From positions 1-38,873 of the forward strand of contig OMJP01000010.1 in assembly GCA_900299405.1 (NCBI GenBank): 38,873 nt of DNA, in the 5' to 3' direction. The position numbers and the translations under genes are program-made. The notes beneath the pieces are model-generated. The model made no database searches. It saw nothing but the letters and a program-made list of their open reading frames with translations, and was not told the DNA's origin. The stretch is from a bacterium. GTDB taxonomy: Bacteria > Patescibacteriota > Microgenomatia > UBA1400 > PJMF01. This document shows positions 1 through 9,114 of this stretch, piece by piece (within the stretch, counting starts at the first letter, position 1; each line of letters begins with the position of its first letter).

Positions 1-1
1 A

Positions 2-74
2 GGGCCGTTAGCTCAGTTGGTAGAGCGTTGCATTCGCATTGCAAAGGTCGGGAGTTCGACTCTCCCACGGTCCA
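2..74 (+). tRNA. tRNA-Ala (anticodon CGC), CCA not encoded
   Basis: Cloverleaf: acceptor GGGCCGT/ACGGTCC with the G3:U70 Ala identity pair, D arm GCTC/GAGC, anticodon arm TTGCA-TTCGCAT-TGCAA, T arm GGGAG-TTCGACT-CTCCC. Confidence 0.96.
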
Positions 75-77
75 CTT

Positions 78-593
78 TTATAACTCCTTCACCATCTGCA
101 CCTCGTCATCGTACTCTCCCTGCCATTTGACAGCCTTGCTTTTGACGCCGTACTCGGTAAAACCGAGTGACTGGTAGAGTTTTTGGGCTGGTTGGTTTTT
201 ACGGTTGCAGTTGATGAAGATCTGCTCGATGCCGTGCTGTTTGGCTAGGTCGGTGATGTGGCTGATTAATTTTTTGGCGTGGCCTTGGTGGCGGTGATCG
301 GGGTGGACGTAGAGATTGAAGAGGGCGGCGGTGTGTTGCTGTTTCGGCAGCTGGGAGGGATCGAGTTGGGCGTAGCCGATTAGCTCTTGAGGTTCAGCAT
401 CGGTAAAGAGGCCGTAGTAGCCGCCGAGCTGGGGCGAGGCGGCGTAACGAATTTCCCAGGCGAAAGCATCGGTTGGCTTGTCTTTTTCGCTTTCATAAGT
501 AGATAAGTAGCTATCAGGATTGGTCTGCAAAGCCTGCAAGCGGAGGGTTTGGTAAGCGTGGGCGTCTTGAGTAGAGAGTGGTCGAATTGTCAT
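78..593 (-). CDS. GNAT family N-acetyltransferase
   Basis: LYVHPDHRHQGHA acetyl-CoA motif and N..A..LY.SLGF motif; start moved to ATG 593 (MTIRPL), which overlaps the upstream stop as ATGA. Confidence 0.88.
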   Translation of the reverse strand: MTIRPLSTQDAHAYQTLRLQALQTNPDSYLSTYESEKDKPTDAFAWEIRYAASPQLGGYYGLFTDAEPQELIGYAQLDPSQLPKQQHTAALFNLYVHPDHRHQGHAKKLISHITDLAKQHGIEQIFINCNRKNQPAQKLYQSLGFTEYGVKSKAVKWQGEYDDEVQMVKEL

Positions 594-1669
594 TCGTTTG
601 AGTTGGCAGTCAAATTGACAGCTCCAGTTTTGGTGGTCAGCCAAGTGTTTTCATAACGATAGCCAAATTTTCCCGGCAAGTAAATCCCAGGTTCAATAGT
701 AATTGCCATGTGGGGTTTTATTGCTTGTTCGTTGTTCCAAGACAGAGAGGGCGGCTCGTGAATCTCGAGCCCCAGCCCATGCCCGGTGGTATGAATAAAC
801 TCTTTGGCAAACCCAGCCTCACTGATCACCTCACGAGCTGCATCATCCAGCTCTTTGGCCGTCAGATTTTTCTTGCTTTGTTTGAGCAGTTTAACCGTCT
901 GCTGATAAGCATTTCTAACAATTTTTTCAACCTTGAGAAACTCTTCACTCGGCCGCTGGCCTAACCACACCGTTCTAGTCATGTCGGAACAGTAACCATC
1001 AACCGTCGCGCCCAGATCGATCAAGACAGGCATCTCTTTCTTAAGCTTCACGTTTTTTGGCTGATAGTGAGGCAGTGCTCCTGCCGCGCCAAAAGCCACG
1101 ATAATCGGAAAAGCAGGTTTCTCTGAACCAGCTTTGAGCATCAGTTGCAGAATCAGGCTGACGACCTCTTTTTCCGTCATTCCTGGCTTGAGCTGTTTGA
1201 TTGCCTGAGCCATTACTTGCTGGGCGATTTTGGCAGCTTTCCTGAGTGATTTGCTCTCGGTTTGATCTTTGGTTACCCGCAGCTCCCACAGCCATTGAGG
1301 TGGCAGATCAGCCAATTTTCCCGACCAATGATCGCTCAACTCTCGCTGCTCAGCCACACTGAGAGTATGGGGATCGATGATTAGTTCACTAACATTATCG
1401 CCAATATTTTCCGCCACTTTGTCCAAATCAGTAGTCGGAATCGTTTTTAGCCAGCTTTGCTGAGACAGAGTGGGGGAGAAACGATGGTGAAAGAGAGCGG
1501 TTTTTTTGGGTGAAACTAGTAGAAAAGCCTCCCGCTCAGACGGTGCTAGTTGAGGGAAATTCACTAGATAAAAAATATCAGTAGGTTTGGAAACGAGGAT
1601 TGCTTGGTTGTTGTTTAGCTGCTGCTGCAGAGCTTTAAGGCGCCGCTGATAAACCGCCAAGCTAGTCAT
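590..1669 (-). CDS. Xaa-Pro aminopeptidase/dipeptidase (M24 family)
   Basis: Metal-ligand motifs DLGA..DGYCSDMTRT, HTTGHGLGLEIHE, EPGIY, RYEN; creatinase-like N-terminal domain. Confidence 0.92.
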   Translation of the reverse strand: MTSLAVYQRRLKALQQQLNNNQAILVSKPTDIFYLVNFPQLAPSEREAFLLVSPKKTALFHHRFSPTLSQQSWLKTIPTTDLDKVAENIGDNVSELIIDPHTLSVAEQRELSDHWSGKLADLPPQWLWELRVTKDQTESKSLRKAAKIAQQVMAQAIKQLKPGMTEKEVVSLILQLMLKAGSEKPAFPIIVAFGAAGALPHYQPKNVKLKKEMPVLIDLGATVDGYCSDMTRTVWLGQRPSEEFLKVEKIVRNAYQQTVKLLKQSKKNLTAKELDDAAREVISEAGFAKEFIHTTGHGLGLEIHEPPSLSWNNEQAIKPHMAITIEPGIYLPGKFGYRYENTWLTTKTGAVNLTANSNE

Positions 1670-2359
1670 TTATTCACCTCGATCAAAAGGGGCTAAAGCT
1701 CTGATAACAGTGACGATTGTTTCGTCTTCATCGAGGTAGCCGATCAATAAAACCTGATCATCTTCCAAAAAATCCTCCAGCTCAGCTTCTTCTCCTTGGT
1801 TGTTTTGGTATTCAGTTTGATTGGTGAGGCTGACGGCAGCGACTTCTTCTTGTCCACGAGCTTGAAAATCCATTGACCTGGTGTTAATTTCTTTGATTGC
1901 TCCTAGCTGGACCAAATGCTGATTTGGTCGAGGAGACGCTGACAGTAAAGTGATTTTTTTCGGGGTAAAAACGTCATTGTTGTTCAATCCGAGAACTAAA
2001 ACCCAGTCATCAATCGCAATTTCATCTGGTTCGATCGCTTCATCACCCTCCATGAGTTCAGCCTCAGCTAGTGCTACGACGCGATTGATTCCACGGCTGT
2101 CGACAGTTAATGTTTCCTGCGAAACACGAATTACTTGGGCCACAAATCCCCGGCGACGATCGCTGCCGCTGAGTACTGTTTCGACATTTTCTCGTTGCTG
2201 CTCGACGATTTTCTCGATTCGTTCACGCAGAGTGTCGGTAGTATTGCTGGCATTTTCTTGAACACTTTCTACTTCTTGGGCTTGTAAACTAGGAACGATC
2301 ATCAACACTGCGGTCAACAGCAACGACCCAATTAGTAGTTTCAATTTATTTAGTTTCAT
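1670..2359 (-). CDS. Secreted hypothetical protein with two beta-rich (OB/DUF5666-like) repeats
   Basis: Signal peptide, coiled stretch, two repeats ending in D.VL.(L/I)G; coupled to neighbours; family assignment is inference. Confidence 0.6.
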   Translation of the reverse strand: MKLNKLKLLIGSLLLTAVLMIVPSLQAQEVESVQENASNTTDTLRERIEKIVEQQRENVETVLSGSDRRRGFVAQVIRVSQETLTVDSRGINRVVALAEAELMEGDEAIEPDEIAIDDWVLVLGLNNNDVFTPKKITLLSASPRPNQHLVQLGAIKEINTRSMDFQARGQEEVAAVSLTNQTEYQNNQGEEAELEDFLEDDQVLLIGYLDEDETIVTVIRALAPFDRGE

Positions 2360-2820
2360 TAGTTGTCTCCTTCTGTTTCGCCACCGTCGCTGGATTCTTC
2401 GGCGTCATCAGTCAAGGTTTCATCACTGACTACCACGGTTTTTTCAATCGAGATCGAGCGACCATCTTCATCGACTACATGGACGCTGATGATGTTGGCG
2501 CCTTCTTCCAGTTCGACCTCGACCGAGAAATTCCCAGAATCATCAGAACTGGTGATGACTTCTTCATTATTCACAAACACCACCACGAAACTATTAGGGA
2601 TCGTAGTGCCGGAAACAGTCAGAGAGGTGTCGTTTTGTACCGCCTCATCGATGGGAGTGTTGAGCACCAGCTCGCCGGCAAACTGCTGATCTTCGCTCAC
2701 TGTTTTATCACGAGTATTCCTCGGTTGGGAAATGCCGGTTCTGGCTTGGTAAATGCCGTACGTTATGAACAGTCCTAGGGAAAGACCGATCAAAATAGCG
2801 ATAACTATTTCTTTTTTCAT
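2359..2820 (-). CDS. Membrane-anchored Ig-like domain protein
   Basis: N-terminal TM helix; VSGTT.P...V.VN...G.FS..V.L.EG.N.I pattern of bacterial Ig-like folds; start set at MKKEIV, 9 nt after a TATAAT. Confidence 0.65.
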   Translation of the reverse strand: MKKEIVIAILIGLSLGLFITYGIYQARTGISQPRNTRDKTVSEDQQFAGELVLNTPIDEAVQNDTSLTVSGTTIPNSFVVVFVNNEEVITSSDDSGNFSVEVELEEGANIISVHVVDEDGRSISIEKTVVVSDETLTDDAEESSDGGETEGDN

Positions 2821-2888
2821 CAATTGCCTATTATAAAGGATTTGCACAGAATGGTATCATTAGAAACATTACAGTTTAGAAACTGATT

Positions 2889-3551
2889 ATGACAATTACT
2901 TATCACGGTCACTCTTGTTTTAAATTGCGCGGCAAAAATGCTGCGGCTGTCACTGATCCTTACGAAGATAGTATTGGTTTGTCCCTGCCCAGTCTCAGTG
3001 CTGACGTGGTGACGATTTCCCATGACCATGGTGATCACAATCAAGCTAGCCGGGTGAGCGGCACTGCTCGCCGGGACAATCCTTTCGTGATTGATCATTT
3101 GGGAGAATACGAAGTCGAGGGAATCTCGGTTTTCGGTGTGGGTTCCCATCATGATGATCAGGAGGGGAGCGAGCGTGGGGCCAACAATATTTTCACTATT
3201 TCGGTCGATGGTGTGCGTGTTTGTCATCTGGGTGATTTGGGTCATCAGCTGACAGAGAGCATGATTGATGAGATCGGCATTATTGACGTTTTATTATTGC
3301 CGGTAGGGGGCAAATACACTATCGATGCCAAGCAGGCAGTCGCTGTGGCTAGAGCTCTCGAGCCAGGAATCGTGATTCCGATGCACTACCGTACTGCCGA
3401 ACATGACGAAAAAAGATTTGGCGAACTGCAGGCTGTAGAAGACTTTTTGAAAGAATTCGGCGCTGATGATGCCAAAAAAACCGACAAACTGAAAGTAGAA
3501 AGCGATCGACTTCCAGAGGAGATGGAAGTAGTAGTCTTGGAGAAAAGCTAA
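2889..3551 (+). CDS. MBL-fold metallo-hydrolase
   Basis: GHSCF, HDHGDH (HxHxDH), HLGD and IPMHY motifs. Confidence 0.9.
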   Translation: MTITYHGHSCFKLRGKNAAAVTDPYEDSIGLSLPSLSADVVTISHDHGDHNQASRVSGTARRDNPFVIDHLGEYEVEGISVFGVGSHHDDQEGSERGANNIFTISVDGVRVCHLGDLGHQLTESMIDEIGIIDVLLLPVGGKYTIDAKQAVAVARALEPGIVIPMHYRTAEHDEKRFGELQAVEDFLKEFGADDAKKTDKLKVESDRLPEEMEVVVLEKS

Positions 3552-3586
3552 ATCGACCGCTGCCCGCCACCTGCTCCGTTTCGCGT

Positions 3587-3615
3587 TTGACTCTGCCGCC
3601 CAGACTCGATAAAGT
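3587..3615 (+). promoter_or_regulatory. Sigma70-type promoter of dnaB
   Basis: TTGACT-17 bp-TAAAGT, ending 12 nt before the ATG. Confidence 0.55.
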
Positions 3616-3627
3616 ACGACCAAGTTT

Positions 3628-4941
3628 ATGAAGGGCCAAGTACCACCACATGATCTTGATGCCGAGCGCTCGGTGCTCGCGGCGGTGCTGATTGATTCCG
3701 ATGCGATCGTCAAAGTCAGTGAGTATCTCAATCCCGACAGCTTTTACGCTCCCGAGCATCAGGTGATTTTCACTGCGATGCAGACGCTTTACGAAAAGCG
3801 TGAGCCGATCGATGTCGTTACCCTTACTGCCCAACTCAAAAAAGACAAACAGCTCACCAAAGCCGGTGGTTCTTCTGGTCTGACTGAGCTTTCCAACCTG
3901 CTTTCTACCGCGGCCAACGTCACCAATTATGCTCAGCTAGTGCGGGAGAAATTCGTCAAACGCAGCCTGATTAGTTTAGCCGGTGAAGTGAGCGAACTAG
4001 CCTTCGACGAGGGGAAAGACGTGCAGGATATTCTCGACATGGCGGAGCAGCAGGTGCTGTCGGTGTCGCGGATTCAGTCTGATCGGGCCTTTATTCCGCT
4101 GAAAGATACTTTGGTGGAGAGTTTTGATCGCATCGATGAGCTGCAGAAATCTGGTGGAGAGCTGCGTGGTGTGGCGACTGGTTTTCAAGATGTGGATCGA
4201 ATGTTGGCTGGTTTACAGAAATCGAACTTGGTAATTTTGGCTGCCCGGCCGGGTATGGGTAAAACTGCTTTTGCGCTGAACATTGCTCACAACGCGGCGG
4301 TGCTGGGCAAAAAGAAGATCGGCTTTTTCTCACTGGAAATGAGTCGTGAGGAGCTGGTCGACCGGCTGCTCGTTTCCCAGGCTGATATCGATGCCTGGAA
4401 ACTAAAAACTGGCAGATTGGATCAGCAGGACTTTTTGAAGCTATCAGACGCGATGGGAGTTTTGGCCGAGGCCGAGATGTTTATCGATGACACCCCTGGG
4501 ATGAGTATTTACGAGATGCGGACCAAAGCTCGTAAACTGATGGCCGAGCACGAGATCGATCTACTGCTGGTCGACTATCTGCAGCTGGCTCATGGTCGCA
4601 CGCACGACAATCGGGTGCAGGAAGTGGCAGAGATTTCTCAAGGACTAAAAAATATTGCCAGAGAACTTCGTATTCCAGTTCTTGCTCTCTCTCAACTTTC
4701 GCGGGCGATCGAGAGTCGGGGAGAGAAGTCGCCGCAGTTGTCAGATCTCAGAGAATCTGGCTCGATCGAGCAGGACGCCGATGTGGTGATGTTCCTTTAT
4801 CACAAAGATGATGATATTCGTGAGCAGGTGACGTTGAAAATTGCCAAACACCGCAACGGCGCACTAGGCGAAGTCGAGTTGTTCTTCCGTGGTGATCGGG
4901 TCCGGTTCTACGGCATGGAAAAAGCAGCCAAACAAAGCTAG
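3628..4941 (+). CDS. dnaB: Replicative DNA helicase
   Basis: PPHDLDAE N-terminus, Walker A AARPGMGKT, VDYLQL, LSDLRESGSIEQDAD, KHRNG. Confidence 0.98.
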   Translation: MKGQVPPHDLDAERSVLAAVLIDSDAIVKVSEYLNPDSFYAPEHQVIFTAMQTLYEKREPIDVVTLTAQLKKDKQLTKAGGSSGLTELSNLLSTAANVTNYAQLVREKFVKRSLISLAGEVSELAFDEGKDVQDILDMAEQQVLSVSRIQSDRAFIPLKDTLVESFDRIDELQKSGGELRGVATGFQDVDRMLAGLQKSNLVILAARPGMGKTAFALNIAHNAAVLGKKKIGFFSLEMSREELVDRLLVSQADIDAWKLKTGRLDQQDFLKLSDAMGVLAEAEMFIDDTPGMSIYEMRTKARKLMAEHEIDLLLVDYLQLAHGRTHDNRVQEVAEISQGLKNIARELRIPVLALSQLSRAIESRGEKSPQLSDLRESGSIEQDADVVMFLYHKDDDIREQVTLKIAKHRNGALGEVELFFRGDRVRFYGMEKAAKQS

Positions 4942-4954
4942 AAATTTAATTAAA

Positions 4955-5188
4955 TTAGACAGCGGTAAAGCCGAACAGCAGGTAAATTAATCCTCCAGTC
5001 AGCATAATAAACATGAAGAAAAAGCCGAGGTTGCTTTTGAGGTCTTTGATGGATTCATTGGGGTCGGGCTTGTCCATACTGACGATGATGATCAGGGCAA
5101 TCGCCAGCCAAATCAAACCCCGAGTCACGACCGACCAAATGCTGTCGATGGCGAAGGCTTGATGGAGAAGTTCTTGGAGCAGTTCCAT
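4955..5188 (-). CDS. Small two-TM membrane protein
   Basis: Two hydrophobic helices, fills the gap between dnaB and tRNA-Leu, TATAGT 8 nt upstream of the ATG. Confidence 0.7.
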   Translation of the reverse strand: MELLQELLHQAFAIDSIWSVVTRGLIWLAIALIIIVSMDKPDPNESIKDLKSNLGFFFMFIMLTGGLIYLLFGFTAV

Positions 5189-5250
5189 TTGATTTCACTA
5201 TAGACTGGGTTTGTGGGAAAATGCAAGTTAGGTTAAAATACTTTTCTCGT

Positions 5251-5334
5251 GCCGAGGTGGCGGAATTGGTAGACGCGTAGGTCTCAAAAACCTATGAGGG
5301 CAACCTCGTGAGGGTTCGATTCCCTCCCTCGGCA
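5251..5334 (+). tRNA. tRNA-Leu (anticodon CAA), CCA not encoded
   Basis: Acceptor GCCGAGG/CCTCGGC-A, anticodon arm TAGGT-CTCAAAA-ACCTA, long variable arm GAGG-GCAA-CCTC, T loop TTCGATT. Confidence 0.96.
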
Positions 5335-5364
5335 CAGCATTTTTAAAAAAGTAAGGTTCATTAA

Positions 5365-5814
5365 ATGGCGTTAAATACAAACGAACAATCAGTCAGTGGT
5401 AAAGAGGCTTCAGAGCAGGAGCCTGCCAAGTCCAGAATTTTGTTGGTAGAAAACAGCAAAATCGTTAGAAATGGCCTGGGAAAAGCTTTGTTTTCCTTAG
5501 AGAATGTTTCTCTGGTAAAAACTGCCTCTTCAATTGAAGAGGCTCTCGCACTGTTAACCAACAACAACAATGAATTTAATTGTGTGATTAGCTGTAGTTT
5601 TGGTGGTGATTGCCAAAAAATTGATGATTTACTAGTCGAGCAGAATTCCGACATTTACTTCACGGTGCACACTGGTTTGCCGGTGACTTATGTCGACCAT
5701 CAGCTGAAAAGCAAGTATTCCAGAGTAGTTTTTAAAGGAGATCAAACTCCTGAGCAATTGGCTTCTTTGGATTGGGACAATTTACCTCAACGCCCAAATC
5801 AACCCCAGCAATAA
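5365..5814 (+). CDS. Stand-alone receiver (CheY-like) domain protein, atypical
   Basis: RILLVEN beta1, ASSIEEALALL helix, FTVHTG beta4 Thr, VFKG Lys; Cys at the expected phospho-Asp position. Confidence 0.6.
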   Translation: MALNTNEQSVSGKEASEQEPAKSRILLVENSKIVRNGLGKALFSLENVSLVKTASSIEEALALLTNNNNEFNCVISCSFGGDCQKIDDLLVEQNSDIYFTVHTGLPVTYVDHQLKSKYSRVVFKGDQTPEQLASLDWDNLPQRPNQPQQ

Positions 5815-6228
5815 AATCTGTGGCATTAGACCCAGTAGTACTCGGGGAGTGGAGTGGTGGAATTTGCCGTGGAATTCGTTCAAAGGTTTTAAAATAGCTG
5901 GTTCTTTGGGGAGGAAGTTGCGTGGCGCCTCGATGAAGTCAGGCACTAGGGAAACAAAGGCTCCTGCCCAAATGTGGTAATTGATCGCTTCAGTGCCGCT
6001 TTGCCAAAACCAGTAGATGAGTCCGACCGAGGCTGCCAAATCAAAAATCTCCAAAATCATGGCGGTACGTTTGCTGCGGGTGCCATTTGACAGACCAGTG
6101 CCGACGTCCCAGTGGGGGATCCAGTCTTGCAGATAGTGAGCCGCTAGGGTGAGAGGAATGTACAGTGCTGGGTGGGGCAATTTGCTGGCGATGAAAGCGC
6201 CAGTGGCGGCATGCGATACAGAAAGCAT
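5782..6228 (-). CDS. Membrane metal-dependent hydrolase-like protein (YdjM-like HxxxD family)
   Basis: N-terminal H, HYLQDWIPH, PD and FHGKFH motifs among TM helices; start set at ATG 6228, 7 nt after TATAAT. Confidence 0.6.
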   Translation of the reverse strand: MLSVSHAATGAFIASKLPHPALYIPLTLAAHYLQDWIPHWDVGTGLSNGTRSKRTAMILEIFDLAASVGLIYWFWQSGTEAINYHIWAGAFVSLVPDFIEAPRNFLPKEPAILKPLNEFHGKFHHSTPRVLLGLMPQILLLGLIWALR

Positions 6229-6254
6229 GAAAAGCATTATATACTACATGTCAT

Positions 6255-7082
6255 ATGTGGCCGATTCTTTTTTCTTTTGGCTTTCTGACGGTGCGCACTA
6301 GCTTGGTGGTGCTTTTGCTTGGTTTTCTGGTGGCAGGGTTTGCTTTTTGGTGCCGCGGAAAAGAAGAGCATTACTCGGAGATTCAGTTGTTTGATGGTTT
6401 GGTGCTGTCGTTTCTCGCTGGGGCGGTTGGCGCGCGGCTGGGTTTTATTATGCTGCATTTCGACCAGTTTGGTTTGAATCTTTTTCAGTGGTTGGACTTG
6501 GTCAATAGTCCTGGCAGTTTGGATTTGATGTTCCTGGTTTCGGCGACTTACTTTTTGTATCGTTTTGCTTTACGCAAAAAATGGGATGCTTTCGAGGTCT
6601 TGGATTTTTGGGCGCTGTCGCTATCGTTGTGGCTGATGTTTTCTTCACTGGCGGATTTTGTGGCTGGCACGGGCAGAGGCAAGTTTACTGACTTGTTTAT
6701 CGGAGTGATTTTCCCTGGCTCGATTGAAAAAACTCATCCTACTCAGCTGTATTTTGCGCTGTTTTACCTACTGTTGTCTCGTTATTTGGTCTGGGCAGAG
6801 AGTCGTTACCGGATTTTTGAGTGGTACCGGATGGGTCGCAAATCCGCGCAGACTGGGTTTTTGATTAGTAACTTTTTGATTTTTTACTCGCTGTTTTCAT
6901 TACTGATGTTGTTGTTCCGTTTGCCGGAGTTTGTGATTGGCAGCTGGAGCTTTGACTGGCTGCTATATTTGGCGGGGATGTTGGTGGGGGTGCGGATTTT
7001 GCTGCGTCGCTCTGACAAGTCTTTCTTGCCTCTTTCTTTTAAAAGGCGTTTTGAACGACAGGATGACGAAGTCTTACCCTAA
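6255..7082 (+). CDS. lgt: Prolipoprotein diacylglyceryl transferase-like membrane protein (degenerate)
   Basis: M.PILF N-terminus, GARLGF and HPTQLY motifs, multi-TM profile; catalytic motifs diverged. Confidence 0.7.
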   Translation: MWPILFSFGFLTVRTSLVVLLLGFLVAGFAFWCRGKEEHYSEIQLFDGLVLSFLAGAVGARLGFIMLHFDQFGLNLFQWLDLVNSPGSLDLMFLVSATYFLYRFALRKKWDAFEVLDFWALSLSLWLMFSSLADFVAGTGRGKFTDLFIGVIFPGSIEKTHPTQLYFALFYLLLSRYLVWAESRYRIFEWYRMGRKSAQTGFLISNFLIFYSLFSLLMLLFRLPEFVIGSWSFDWLLYLAGMLVGVRILLRRSDKSFLPLSFKRRFERQDDEVLP

Positions 7083-7905
7083 TTTGCCAGAGATTCTTTT
7101 TGAGGATCAGGATATCTTGGTGATCGCCAAGCCGGGAGGGATGGTGACGAATCGGGCGCAATCGGTGAGTGGCGAGACGCTGCAGGATTGGTTCGAAAAA
7201 CAGCAGGATCAGAGTTTTCCCGACGATTGGTCCCAGCTTTTAACTGATGATTTTTCCAATGAGTACGGCGAGCCGGAGGAGATTTACCAAGAGCGGCAGG
7301 GGATGGTGCATCGTTTGGACAAAGATACTAGTGGGGTGATGGTGTTTGCCAAACATCCCGGCAGTCTTATCAACCTGCTGAAGCAATTTCGCCTGCGCGA
7401 AGTGCAAAAAGAATATCTTGCCTTGGTACATGGTCAGTTTCGGGTAGAGCAGGGGAGACTGACTGCTCCGCTGGGTCGCTCTCGAGACAATCGGCAGAAA
7501 TTCGCGGTGGATATCGAGGGTCGTAAGGCGGTGACTGAGTACGCTGTCGAGCAGACTTTTGACCAACTCGACTTCGACAAATTAACTGAGAGGCTAGGGG
7601 AGAGTGCCAAAAAAATCAAAGACAATGAGCGGCTCTACGAGCAGGGTTTTTCTCTGGTTCGCTGCCTGCCGAAAACTGGCCGCACGCATCAGATTCGCGT
7701 TCATCTGGCCAACGAACGACATCCAATCGTCGGTGACACCAAATACGTCGGCCGCAAACGCGCGAAAGTAGATCCCCTCTGGTGCCCGCGCCAATTCCTC
7801 CACGCAGCCTCACTAGAATTCAGGCACCCCCGGACAGGCGAGCAGCTGAAGTTCGAGGCGGAGCTAAGCGAGGATTTAAAAGTAGTTTTAGAAAACTTAA
7901 ACTAA
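7063..7905 (+). CDS. RluA/RluD-family pseudouridine synthase without S4 domain
   Basis: KPGG, catalytic HRLDKDTSG, TGRTHQIRVH, PIVGD.KY, LHA..L.F.HP; start set at ATG 7063. Confidence 0.93.
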   Translation: MTKSYPNLPEILFEDQDILVIAKPGGMVTNRAQSVSGETLQDWFEKQQDQSFPDDWSQLLTDDFSNEYGEPEEIYQERQGMVHRLDKDTSGVMVFAKHPGSLINLLKQFRLREVQKEYLALVHGQFRVEQGRLTAPLGRSRDNRQKFAVDIEGRKAVTEYAVEQTFDQLDFDKLTERLGESAKKIKDNERLYEQGFSLVRCLPKTGRTHQIRVHLANERHPIVGDTKYVGRKRAKVDPLWCPRQFLHAASLEFRHPRTGEQLKFEAELSEDLKVVLENLN

Positions 7906-7964
7906 TGCTCAATTAGCTGATAATTCTCCTCGACAAAAACCAGCTTCTCTGCGTATAATCCGCT

Positions 7965-8567
7965 ATGGACATCAAACAAATTTCTTTTTCCGGTGAGAAA
8001 ACCAAATATCTGACGCCAACATGGAACGACATGAACCAGTTGGCTTTTTTGATTGCCAAAGAGATGCGCGCTCAGGGCAAAGAGATCGATCGGATCGTGA
8101 CACTGGCCAAAGGCGGCTGGCCGATGACGCGCTCGCTAGTGGATTTCCTCCAGGTTGGCAAAGTCGCCAGCATCGGAGTGAATTTTTACAAAGGCATCAA
8201 CGAGCGGATGAAGACACCAGAGATTTATCAGAACCTGCCTGTGCCGATCAAAGGGGAGCGAGTGCTACTGTTCGACGACGTGGCTGACACTGGCGCTTCG
8301 TTGAAATTCGTCAAAAAATACCTCAAGGACATGGGAGTCAAAGAAGTCATTACCGCGACCCTGTTTTACAAACCTCACAGCGCTATCGAGCCAGATTTCT
8401 ACGGACACAAAACCAAAGCCTGGATCATTTTTCCCTATGATTTGATCGAAGCTGTGGACTTGCTGGGCGGCAAATGGCAGGAAAAAGGTTTGCAAAAGGC
8501 TGAGATCAAAAAACGCTTGAAACAACTAGGCGCAAAAGAAGAGTGGCTGCGGGAGTATTTCGCTTAG
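7965..8567 (+). CDS. Type I phosphoribosyltransferase (purine-salvage-like)
   Basis: PRPP loop VLLFDDVADTGASL, AKGG, WIIFPY. Confidence 0.88.
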   Translation: MDIKQISFSGEKTKYLTPTWNDMNQLAFLIAKEMRAQGKEIDRIVTLAKGGWPMTRSLVDFLQVGKVASIGVNFYKGINERMKTPEIYQNLPVPIKGERVLLFDDVADTGASLKFVKKYLKDMGVKEVITATLFYKPHSAIEPDFYGHKTKAWIIFPYDLIEAVDLLGGKWQEKGLQKAEIKKRLKQLGAKEEWLREYFA

Positions 8568-8601
8568 CTTGGTCAAAAAGTCACTGTTATAATGCGTAAC
8601 A

Positions 8602-9114
8602 GTGGCTATCTTAACTAAAGACGAGATTCTCAAGGAAATAAACGCGGGGCGGATTGTGATTGATCCGTTTGATGCTGCCAGTGTTGGGCCAGCTTCGGTC
8701 GATTTTCATTTAGGCAATACTTTTCGTGTTTTTCGTCGTTCTACTCAAGCGTTTGATGTCGGTGAAGATGTCAATTTTGATGAAATTACCAAAGTGATCG
8801 AGGTAGAGGATTCGATTTCACTGCTGCCTGGCGAATCAATTCACGGCATTACCACTGAGTCACTGAAGCTGCCCGACGACCTTTGCGGCTGGATTCAGGG
8901 CAGAAGCACTTTGGCGCGCCTAGGGCTGCTGGTGCACATCACTGCCAACTTTATTCACCCTGGCATGGAAGGCAAACAAGTGTTAGAAATGACCAATGCC
9001 GGTCCGATCGCGCTGAACATCAAAGTCGGCATTCCGATCTGTCAGATTATTTTTGAGGAAACCAAAGGCCAGGCGACTTATACCGGTAAATTTAGCAAGC
9101 AGGATAAACCGTGA
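8602..9114 (+). CDS. dcd: dCTP deaminase family protein
   Basis: ILT..EI, PASVDFHLG, GRSTLARLGL, catalytic LE, ICQI.F. Confidence 0.88.
   Translation: MAILTKDEILKEINAGRIVIDPFDAASVGPASVDFHLGNTFRVFRRSTQAFDVGEDVNFDEITKVIEVEDSISLLPGESIHGITTESLKLPDDLCGWIQGRSTLARLGLLVHITANFIHPGMEGKQVLEMTNAGPIALNIKVGIPICQIIFEETKGQATYTGKFSKQDKP

Noticed and set aside
6937-7062. Extended N-termini given by the ORF track (also 11712, 15865, 16389, 19346, 644)
   Set aside because: Extensions overlap neighbouring genes or promoter elements; internal starts fit family N-termini
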